NCBI GenBank assembly: GCA_951804945.1
Contig: OX638155.1
Span: 43,834,001-43,898,000, forward strand
Direction: 5' to 3'
Source of the DNA: Podarcis cretensis
Lineage: Eukaryota
DNA: 64,000 nt
This document shows, piece by piece, positions 36,001 to 64,000 of this stretch (the first letter of the stretch is position 1; each line of letters begins with the position of its first letter). Below the pieces are notes generated by a model. The model saw only the letters and a list, made by a program, of their open reading frames with translations, was not told where the DNA came from and ran no database searches. Position numbers and translations under genes: made by a program.

Positions 36001-36543
36001 TCCAGTACAGTGCTTTAAGGATCAGTGACTTTTCCCTGCTCAACCTTATGCAGCACAGATGATTTCTCAGTGAATGTTGATTATAACGTAACACCTTAAA
36101 ATTGAGCCAGAAGAATGTGGGAGCCTGTGCTGTATACTTTCTGCAACCCAGTCATGATAAGCATGGTCCTTTCTTTGTTTGTTTATGCCAAATTATAATA
36201 TATATAAATGATTTAAAATGTTAGTCTTTGTATGCATTTTGTATAAATGTTCTGTACTGGCAGCAAAAAAAAATAGCATTGACTTTGCATCCTAATTTGG
36301 GGTTTTATAAGAAGCATATCTTTTGTGATGCTACCTTTTCCTTTATAAAAAAAGATTCTCTTGCTTTTTCTCCATACAGAATATTTTTTAACATGTGTCA
36401 GTGCTCACCAAGAAGCAGTGGAGCAGACAATTGTGGCCCTCCAAATGGATAATGATAATGACGTAAAATACTTTGCAAGCATCCACCCTGCCAGTACCAA
36501 AATTGCAGATGATGCCATGAGCACAGCCTCTTCAACTTACTAA
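6001..36543 (+). CDS. PPP4R1: Serine/threonine-protein phosphatase 4 regulatory subunit 1 (HEAT-repeat scaffold); whole CDS span, 20 coding exons, 948 aa
   Basis: Spliced translation runs MADLSLLQEDLQEEIDGFGVDDYSSESD... to ...DDAMSTASSTY*, matching vertebrate PPP4R1 as recalled. Exon lengths sum to 2847 nt with consistent phases. Confidence 0.97.
6544..6588 (+). CDS. PPP4R1: PPP4R1 exon 2
   Basis: tag|ATCTGTCG...GGAT|gtgagt; DLSLLQEDLQEEIDG. Confidence 0.95.
7931..8029. mobile_element. Short palindromic hAT-derived MITE (ACTACAACTCCCA family)
   Basis: CAGCCTTCTCCA...TGGAGAAGGCTG fold-back. Related copies at ~10060-10195, ~21975-22112 and 25433-25572. Confidence 0.65.
10411..10652. mobile_element. 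Tc1/mariner-type MITE, copy 1 (orientation A)
   Basis: TA-flanked; TIR CAGTGGTACCTYGGGTTA...TAACCCGAGGTACCACTG; internal AACCTGAAGC repeats. Confidence 0.88.
10889..11114. mobile_element. Same MITE family, copy 2 (orientation B, inverted)
   Basis: Reverse complement of copies 1 and 3, with small deletions; TA-flanked. Confidence 0.88.
11669..11910. mobile_element. Same MITE family, copy 3 (orientation A)
   Basis: 242 bp, colinear with copy 1; TA-flanked. Confidence 0.88.
12194..12439. mobile_element. Related Tc1/mariner MITE with a different interior
   Basis: TA|CAGTGGTACCTCAGGAT...ATCCCGAGGTATGACTG|TA; CpG-rich interior with internal palindromes. Confidence 0.82.
13828..13963 (+). CDS. 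PPP4R1: PPP4R1 exon 3 (in-frame alternative acceptor at 13879)
   Basis: FGVDDYSSESDVIIIPSALDFVSQDEMLTPLGRLDKYAASENIFNR; donor AG|gtatgg. Confidence 0.95.
14797..14903 (+). CDS. PPP4R1: PPP4R1 exon 4
   Basis: QMVARSLLDTLKEVSDDERDCIAVLERVSRLADDS; ag/gt flanks. Confidence 0.95.
15024..15391 (-). mobile_element. Sauria SINE (full length, recent)
   Basis: tRNA-like head GGGACGCAGGTGGCGCTGTGGGTTAA, box B GGTTCGAATCC, (ACCTTT)n tail, retained CpGs; 13-bp TSD AGTATCCTCAGTA at 15011-15023 and 15392-15404. Confidence 0.9.
15968..16110 (+). CDS. PPP4R1: PPP4R1 exon 5
   Basis: EPTVRAELMEQVPHIAMFCQENRPSIPYAFSKYLLPIVVRYLADQNNQ. Confidence 0.95.
17206..17352 (+). CDS. PPP4R1: PPP4R1 exon 6
   Basis: VRKTSQAALLVLLEQELIERYDVEAKVCPVLVELTAPDSNDDVKTEAVA|gtaagt. 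Confidence 0.95.
18658..18765 (+). CDS. PPP4R1: PPP4R1 exon 7
   Basis: IMCKMASMVGKDITERLILPRFCEMCCDCRMFHVRK. Confidence 0.95.
19545..19642 (-). mobile_element. CR1 LINE 3' end fragment
   Basis: Reverse complement of a CR1-type terminus (ATCATAAAATTGTAGAGTTGGAAGGGACC...TCATCTAGTCCAAC). Confidence 0.7.
20530..20595 (+). CDS. PPP4R1: PPP4R1 exon 8
   Basis: VCAANFGDICSVVGQQATEEML. Confidence 0.95.
21093..21251 (+). CDS. PPP4R1: PPP4R1 exon 9
   Basis: LPRFFQLCSDNVWGVRKACAECFMAVSCATSQEVRRTKLSTLFINLISDPSRW. Confidence 0.95.
22392..22522 (+). CDS. PPP4R1: PPP4R1 exon 10
   Basis: VRQAAFQSLGPFISTFANPSSSGQFFKEEECKNTEDRNLAEEH. Confidence 0.95.
23087..23598 (+). CDS. PPP4R1: PPP4R1 exon 11 (acidic linker)
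   Basis: Ends DQELYNSFNFWRTPLP...TMATRKELEEMIENLEPHIDDPDVK; cag|/|gtatta. Confidence 0.93.
25433..25572. mobile_element. Short palindromic hAT-derived MITE
   Basis: CAGGGCTTCCCAAAC...GTTTAGGAAACCCTG, with internal CAACTCCCATC/GATGGGAATTG arms. Confidence 0.65.
25575..25895 (-). mobile_element. Degraded CR1 LINE ORF2 fragment
   Basis: Resembles the antisense of the CR1 RT C-terminal region (GTCTACTAAGACCCCTAAATCCTTTTCAC...TTAAAATTCATTTTGTT). Recognition only. Confidence 0.55.
28577..28831. mobile_element. hAT-type MITE
   Basis: 13-bp perfect TIR CAGGGGTCAGCAA; imperfect 8-bp TSD ATTTAGAA/ACTTAGAG; CpG-rich. Confidence 0.8.
29237..29412 (+). CDS. PPP4R1: PPP4R1 exon 12
   Basis: AQVEVLSAALRASSLD...VPLINDTAE. 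Confidence 0.94.
29585..29683 (+). CDS. PPP4R1: PPP4R1 exon 13
   Basis: DIVESALRYIHNDSDFSTNSSFSPEEEKKSKIQ. Confidence 0.92.
30510..30695 (+). CDS. PPP4R1: PPP4R1 exon 14
   Basis: DIVPQALLDQYLSMTDPSRAQTVDTEIAKHCAYSLPGVALTLGRQNWHCLKDTYETLASDMQ. Confidence 0.95.
32557..32718 (+). CDS. PPP4R1: PPP4R1 exon 15
   Basis: WKVRRTLAFSIHELAVILGDQLTAGDLVPVFNGFLKDLDEVRIGVLKHLHDFLK. Confidence 0.95.
33040..33140 (+). CDS. PPP4R1: PPP4R1 exon 16
   Basis: LLHPDKRREYLYQLQEFLVTDNSRNWRFRAELAE. Confidence 0.95.
33675..33942 (+). mobile_element. tRNA-derived SINE (Squam3/POMSINE-like) with (CTT)14 tail
   Basis: Box A TGGTGTAGTGG, box B GGTTCGATTCC, CORE-like middle, (CTT)n tail at 33901-33942. Family name from recall. 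Confidence 0.8.
34030..34150 (+). CDS. PPP4R1: PPP4R1 exon 17
   Basis: QLILLLDLYSARDIYDYLRPIALSLCADKVSSVRWISFKL. Confidence 0.95.
34245..34379 (+). CDS. PPP4R1: PPP4R1 exon 18
   Basis: VSEMVKKLYSAPPPTFVVDLMNELVETFCRCQKWSGRQTFAFICQ; follows a 94-nt intron. Confidence 0.95.
34843..34984 (+). CDS. PPP4R1: PPP4R1 exon 19
   Basis: TIIEDDCLPMDQFAEHLLPHLLLLASDRVPNVRVLLAKTLRQTLLEK. Confidence 0.95.
35640..36130 (-). mobile_element. Old L2-like LINE remnant
   Basis: Degenerate translation LKALYWMPVTYCVQLR...PQWWNSFP resembles the L2 ORF2 C-terminus (L..LHWLP...P.LWNSLP). Confidence 0.5.
36380..36543 (+). CDS. PPP4R1: PPP4R1 exon 20 (last coding exon, TAA 36541-36543)
   Basis: EYFLTCVSAHQEAVEQTIVALQMDNDNDVKYFASIHPASTKIADDAMSTASSTY*. 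Confidence 0.95.
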
Positions 36544-37449
36544 AAGTAGCCCCTGAATGTTGCTATAATTTTAATTAAAAAACAAACCAAAAACATTACA
36601 AAATCGCAGGGCAATCCTCAAGTGCTCCTAAAATGGATGACTGAAACCTCTTTTTTTCCCATGGAGGAAGGAATTTCTTGCCAGACTTTTAACTTCAGTT
36701 GGATGTTATCTAAACCTGAAACCAAGGATTTTAAGAGTCAAGGAAAAATAAAAATAAACATTACCTGTTGAATCTTGACTTTAGAACAACTTTGCTCAGA
36801 GGATTGAATTTGCCACCAGAGCCTTAAATCTTCTGTCTTCCTGAATATGTGAAACTTGAATTGGCTGAGCATTTTCAGTGTAGAAGGGATGTGATTTCCA
36901 GAGACCGGCATTTGTTTTCTCCTGAGGAGTTAATGTAACAAGCTTTCCCCCTCTTAGGAACTGATAGCTGAAATTCTCATACCCTATAAAGGCAGATTTG
37001 TACCAAGAAGCAAGAGACACCTCCAGTATTAGCTATTAAAAGTTTTTATCCTTGAAAAGACTTAATTTGTATGCAGCTGGGCACCTCCTTAAGTGTGAAT
37101 AGTTTTGATGTGTGTAAAAGAGGGAAAAGTAGAGATTTGGTGTTTGTTTTCTCCCCTTAAGGGCTCAGTGCTAACACTAACAAGAATTTGATTGTAAACC
37201 TTTAAACACAGCATATTGCTGTACTCATTAGCAGAAAACTCCACTGAGTACCTGTGTCCTAATGTGTTTTTCATGCTGGTCATGACCTGAAGGAAACCTG
37301 TTAGCACATGTACTTCACATCAGGTATTTTTAACTAGATCATGATCGGCTCTTCATATACTGTACATATCTGTGACCACTCTTGGGAGGGCTGCAGTCTT
37401 TAATCATGCTATTTCAAACTGTTGTGATAAAATGTTCTCTCCTTGTCCA

Positions 37450-37455
37450 AATAAA
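37450..37455 (+). terminator. PPP4R1: Probable PPP4R1 polyadenylation signal (AATAAA)
   Basis: AATAAA ~0.9 kb after the stop, followed by U/GU-rich sequence. Other AATAAA copies exist (e.g. ~36753), so usage is inferred. Confidence 0.65.
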
Positions 37456-37607
37456 AAGAAAATTTATTAATAAGAGTGAATGAAATCTCCTTCTCTTAAT
37501 ACCGTATAAAAGCTTGCAAATAGGGAATGCTTTTATCAAGTCTCTCCTTTTCCTGTTCTGATGGTGGTATGTGGGTCTAAAGTTGTGTGTTTAACTTCTC
37601 ATGGCGA

Positions 37608-37609
<2 letters not shown>

Positions 37610-37643
<34 letters not shown>
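37610..37643. repeat. (GT)17 microsatellite
   Basis: Direct reading. Confidence 0.95.
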
Positions 37644-37644
<1 letters not shown>

Positions 37645-38741
37645 GTTACCCAAGGACAGGTGGATGTCCTACTCTGAAGAAATGTGTGTAACTGGTATTG
37701 TGTATGTATGTCCCCAGGCTGAAAGCTTGGTTCAAGAGTCATAATGGAGGGGACAGGGGACTGACAAATGCTGCACATGTTCATGGTGGCTAGTTATCGA
37801 TGGGCAAAGTGGCTGTTAAAATCATGGGGTTAAAAATGCATAACGAATGCTGGTTCTGCCTTATTTCTTTTCATATAGTAGTAGTAGCAGCTCCCTACTA
37901 CGATATACTATGTTTAGTGATATCGGTTCTTTCACATATATATGCGTCTGTCTATGTATACATGAATTTATATGCATACGCTACTACCTCAACTTGTGAT
38001 GTTCAGATAAAACCATGGTGTTAGTTATTGGAAGCTCTGAGAAGCTGCGCTTTCAAAGAAATGTGTTGAACTTGTTTGAACTAAAACATACTTTGTAAAT
38101 CCGTAGAGACCAAGTATTCATGGCGAGATCCTGGCCTGATAATCAGTATTAGAAAACTAGGCTGCCTGAAAGTAGTATGGCACACTAATGCTCTGATGGA
38201 GTAGGAAGGCTGGGTTGTAACCATGTGGCATGGGGTGTTCCAGTTCAGACAGCGTCCTAAATCTCATGCAGTCTCCTGGAGAATGTTCACAGTGAGCCAT
38301 GATGCTGCCCCTACCACCTTCCTTTGACTTGTTTTTGTATTGTTTTTTCCAGTGTGTCTAATGCTGGTATGTTTCTGTATTGAAGTGCTCTTTTTATCTT
38401 TTTTAGAACTATAGGCTCCTTTATTCCTTGAGCTACATTTTGGGCTTTTTTTTAATGGTTGTATTCATGCCCTGCTTTTTACAGTTTCAGTGGTTTCTCA
38501 TCCAAGGGTCTATAGCAGCATCTGACCACTTGGTGCACCCCATATTGTCTATTAGAAAGCACCACAATCTGGAAAAAAAGCATACCCATTTCTGAGTTCA
38601 TGCAGCCTTTTAAAAAAATGTTTAAACCTGCACTTGCTTTCATAAAAGTGTTAGAATAAATGTACAGTGATTAATTCAACCAGTTCTTCATATTCATGTG
38701 GTTGACTAATCTTTTTCTTTCAGCTTGTTCTTTCCCATCAC

Positions 38742-38755
38742 CTGCCATCTAGTGG
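38742..38755 (-). promoter_or_regulatory. CTCF-like motif CCACTAGATGGCAG between the two 3' ends
   Basis: Close match to the CTCF core CCASYAGRKGGCRS; motif only, binding untested. Confidence 0.5.
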
Positions 38756-39295
38756 AAAAACATACTCGTTTTGATCATAACATGTCAAACTTGCCAGATT
38801 TTTTTTGTACTGTGTTACCACACAGACAGCTGCTTAATATTTACTTTAGCTATCATGAAGCAGCAACAATTCTGACTGCAAATTAACGGTGCAAATGTAT
38901 TCACATCTATTCAAAAGCAAGCCTTATTGAATTTGCTCCCATCTCAAGAGACTGCAAATGCTGTCTGTGGGTGTTCCCAGTTGCAGAGTCTCTATTACAC
39001 AACACTTCCCCATTTCCCCAAAAGCCTTACATGTGCCTGTACAAGTCACATTTGGACAGCAACAAGTGCTTGAGATAGTTACAGCTTGCAGTGGATATCA
39101 ACCCAGAAGCTGCCTTGCATGGAATCAGATCACTGAACTGTTGAGCTCAGTACTGTCTGCACTACTTGGTAACACCACTCCAGGCTTTCAGATGGGATAT
39201 TCCCAGCTCTTTCTGGAGCTGGTAGGTATTGAACCTGTCCAAGTTATTTGTTGTTTCCTGTAGTTAAATAAAACCACTTGCAGATGGCTGTAGAA

Positions 39296-39301
39296 TTTAT
39301 T
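39296..39301 (-). terminator. RALBP1: Probable RALBP1 polyadenylation signal (AATAAA on - strand)
   Basis: TTTATT on the + strand ~2.5 kb past the stop, at the end of an AU-rich stretch, with GU-rich sequence downstream on the - strand. Confidence 0.55.
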
Positions 39302-41784
39302 TACTTGATTAACATGGTATTGACAAAATAGAAATTAACCAGCAGCAAGATATTTGCTTGATGAACATTGATTATATAAAGGTTTGACAATTTAATAGAA
39401 ATTAGTGAGAATTTAAACAAACAAAAAAAGTTTAAATACTGCCAGAAAATATAAAATGTATGTAACAGGCAAAGGAAAATGCTTTATGCACACACAACCG
39501 TCATCTGACCAGTCCCCATAAATTCTTTTCTTCAAGGTTTAAAAAAATAAGCTGTTCTCTGTAACATATATCAAGGCGTTATTTGTACAAAATAAAATCA
39601 TGGCCAATGATTCATAAGCAGTGCAATAGGCAAAGAAAACCACACCAAACAAAATAAATAATGCAGACTAGAAACTACGGTAAATAAGCTATAAAGCACC
39701 CTGTGGAATCTGTTCTACATTACTGAAATGACCAATTCAATTAAACTGCGCTTTTAAAAATGAGTGCTGCTGAAATACAAACGTTACCAAAACAATTTGT
39801 TGCTGGCAACAGAAAATGATCAAGCAAAAGGAAGCAGCTCTTCATCAGGAATTGTTGGAGGACATCTGAATAGCTTGAACTTGTGTACAAAGAGAGGTGT
39901 GTATTACCTGATTAAGTAAGCCACATTGTCCAACAGCTTTAATTACTCCGAAGTTCACAAATATGCTCACTATGGCTAGTGTCCCATTGTCCTTTGGAAA
40001 GAACGATGAGCCACAGTCCGCCTCCTGAGCTTGGAGTTAAGGATTTGTCTCAGTAGTCACACTATACTTCAGAGTAGCTTAGGGTGCCCCAAAATCACTG
40101 CATGACTCTCAAGGATGATCAACCATTCCCTTCCTAGCCTCAGTCCTTAGAAGGGGGCAGTTGCTTCTCTGTGTCATGCTGTCTCCTAGGCGTTCCACAT
40201 GCACCAGAAGCACAGTGCAACTTCTGTGACAATCCTGGAGACATTCCCATGCTTCTCAGGGGCACAGTACAATGGCACCGGTGATATCCCACCACCTTCC
40301 TAGCTCCAGGAGGAGGTCAGAGTTCTTTGTGTTGCACTGTACTTGAAATACTCTGCATCTCAGAAGAACAGTACATCAAAAATAAACTCCAGCCCCTTTC
40401 CAAGCTTGGCAACCACAAATTGGGGGCTGCTTATTAAGTGAAAATGTTTGGGTCCCTGTTAAATTATCAAAGCATTATCCACAAACATAGGAATAAACTT
40501 TAAAAAGAAATGAACAGAGTCTGCATTATGAGGTGCTGGCTATTTACTTATACGGTGCTTGTATTCTCACCTGTAAGGAACATACATTTCCTAGTTAATA
40601 AGTCCTATACTTAAGTGCATTGCCAAGGTTTAACAGATCTTTGTGGGTAACTTTCATTTATGGGGCTGTGCTCATCAGTCTTTGCATCTCAGCTTTACGT
40701 ATAGTTCCATACAGCTTTAAAAATGTCAAATGAGAATGAGAACATGCTGAATAACACTAATGTTTTGCCCTTGGAGACCTTCCATCCACTCAGGACAAAT
40801 CTACTTTGTAAAGCTCCACTGCTCATAATCTGTACCAAAAGCACAAGCAAGAGTGAGTAAAAAGATAGAAATTACAATGGAGAGCAAAGAAATTCACAAA
40901 GCAAGTAAATGCATGGTTATGGGTTGGAACTGATTTTGACCCAAGAGCCACTTCACACATTATCTTTCACCAGCACAGTGGAAAAAATGTGAACACTATT
41001 ATGGATGATAGTTGCATTTATCTATTTTGTTGCTGCCAACTGTGGCTTCCCAACGTGTGTGTGTGTGTGTGTGTACAGCAAAATAGAAACAAGCATGATC
41101 TGCACATGACACATACATAGACATATGCAGCCTTTTAAATAAGCCCATACAACTTATTAACAGGCTAGTTTTTTAAAAAATCCAGGCTACAAAGCTAGTT
41201 GCTTACATTTCCAAGTTGGCTGCAGAGGAAAGGAAGATCCCTTCTCTAGAGTCAATACTAAAAAAAAGGCCTTCTGTCAAGTGGTATGGTGAAAAAGAAA
41301 CAGAGCAATCCATCCCTCTCCCACCAGCCTATACAACTGGCGGGAAATTCTACTGCCTATGGCTACCAGGAAGAGTGGCCAATTACAAGGCTGGGTATGT
41401 AGGCTTTACCCCTACACTAAGTGTAGTGAAATGATACGCATGAAGTAGCCCTTAGGAAGAAAACACATGAGAGAATTTCCAAGACTTCTCCAGACCCAAC
41501 TGTCTGAAAATAAAACTTCCCAGCGAGTCATTTATTGTCACCTGATGCCAGTATCTGACGTCGCAAAGTAACAGCTGTGCTGCACCCTCTTCCCCATCTC
41601 AAATTGCTTTGTCCTTCCAAATAACCTGAGCCTGATAGGCAGAAGCCACAGGTAGGGAGGAGACAAAATGTCTCCAGGGTGTAAAAGACAACCTATTTAC
41701 AGAATATACATGCCTCAGATTTACAGTAAGTTGCACAGTCCTGGCTTTGCCCCAGGTGGTCTCCTGAATACCTTAGGAATCCAA

Positions 41785-62474
<20,690 letters not shown>

Positions 62475-62510
62475 TCTTACTCTCTGGCACCACAGCAGAA
62501 CAATATCCTG

Positions 62511-62522
62511 TTACCTATCCAT
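62511..62522 (-). promoter_or_regulatory. uORF M-D-R-stop in the RALBP1 5'UTR
   Basis: ATG GAT AGG TAA in context ataATGG (A-3, G+4), 48 nt upstream of and in frame with the main ATG. Confidence 0.75.
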
Positions 62523-64000
62523 TATGCCTGCAATAAAAAGAACACAAAGTATTTTTGTCGCTGCAAAATACTATTATAGTGAGAGAAACTGCTTTCAATA
62601 CAGCTCTATATGTATTACACTCAATATGTATTACACTCAATTTCACTCAAGAATTCATCACATGATATAAACTCATGATATCACATACATTCAGATTCAA
62701 GTTTAAAAATCTGAAATTCAACTGCAACCATGAAGTACAATTTCAATTTTCAGAATTTGTTAAGAGTAGCTTCCTTTACACCCCACATTCTGGCTCATCA
62801 CAAATCATATACTCATACATCCAGGACAGTGTCTTCTACGAGTCTGTATCAAGTTCAGTCCAGTATTTTGTTTATTTTGGATATGATTGGTATGTGGCAC
62901 TATGTTGGTTATAACTTGTCCCCAAACAGATACAGAGAGAGATGCAATGCAATGCTACCTCACTGGGAACTTTCTACTAGAAGAGTAGACATATAATCTG
63001 TGGTGGCCCAAAGCTTATTTTGAAGTGTACACCCCCAAAGTTTCTGATTCTCTTCTACATATTTTGGTTATTACTGGCATTGTATATGTTAAATGACAGA
63101 GCAGAAGCTATTGTGGAAACATTTTAAAGCTTACAGTTTGGCATAATTTTATGGATATAGATGCCATGGTTCATGAGACAGGAGGAGAATGACAATGGCT
63201 ATTTTTGAAAACGTGTGCAACCTAGGGTTTTTCCATTCCAAATTATATCTTCTATGTCATCCAAGTAGAAACTTCAATCAGTAATGGACTTTCCTGTAGA
63301 AGTCTATTACAGCAAAGGGACTATGGATCAGATGGAGAAATCTGACATCCACTTTCGACCTGAAGCAAACTGTGCTATTTTTAAGTTTGACTACTTTATC
63401 CTGTTAGCCCTGTTATGTATTTTTTTTTTTTTTAATTGTGTGCTGCCTTCTGCAAGCCTGGAAGGGCAGAGTACAAGTACTTTAAAGAAAGCAATACAAA
63501 CAATGCAATACAATGTTATCCCAGCACAGCATGGTTAATGTGATGTTGGAATGATGTACATCAGACAGAAAATTCATCAGTCATCTCAGCCTTGCAAGTG
63601 CACTTTTTTTTGCAAGCGGTGAAGTATTATAGGATTTCTAAAGTCAGGACTTTAAACAAAGGGACCTGAAGTTCAAAATTCAATGCAGAAGAGGGAACCC
63701 TTCAATATTCAGAGGTACTTTTCAAAGAGGTCTGCTAATCTCAATAAATCTTAGCAATTTGAAGATCCCCCACCCCACCTACTCTTCATACTTCCTTTTC
63801 TCCCTGGACCCGAGTTCTTGCCCTACACTCCTATTAGCTAATAATCTCTCCCCTTTTATGTCAATTCTGAGAGAAGAATTCTATATCTTGGAACAGGAGG
63901 TAAACCTAAAACAAGAAGTATAAGAGTACACTAGTTTAAAGTATGTCTGTGCCAATTTCCTGCATGCACATTGTTTATTTCCATCACAGAACCTGGATAT

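Overview
This is eukaryotic vertebrate DNA from a squamate, most likely a lacertid lizard, judging by its Sauria-SINE and Squam3-like SINE content. It holds two convergent (tail-to-tail) genes. PPP4R1 is on the + strand, with a CpG-island promoter at ~5.3-6.8 kb and 20 coding exons at 6001-36543; I assembled these by hand to 2847 nt (948 aa) with GT-AG junctions and consistent phases. RALBP1 is on the - strand, with 9 coding exons at 62474-41785 totalling 1995 nt (664 aa); its non-coding first exon was not found and probably lies beyond the window. The introns carry many TEs: a very young 5'-truncated L1 with a perfect 17-bp TSD, a Sauria SINE with a 13-bp TSD, a Squam3-like SINE, several Tc1/mariner and hAT MITEs, and CR1/L2 remnants. 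I found no evidence of a wholly new multi-gene system. The best leads are regulatory: a candidate stop-containing poison/terminal exon in PPP4R1 intron 11, a strong-Kozak in-frame M-D-R-stop uORF in RALBP1, a pure (CAG)9 polyQ in the RALBP1 C-terminus, an inverted MITE trio able to form long dsRNA in PPP4R1 intron 2, and a CTCF-like site between the two 3' ends. Gene identities and any comparison with human come from recall, not from a database search.
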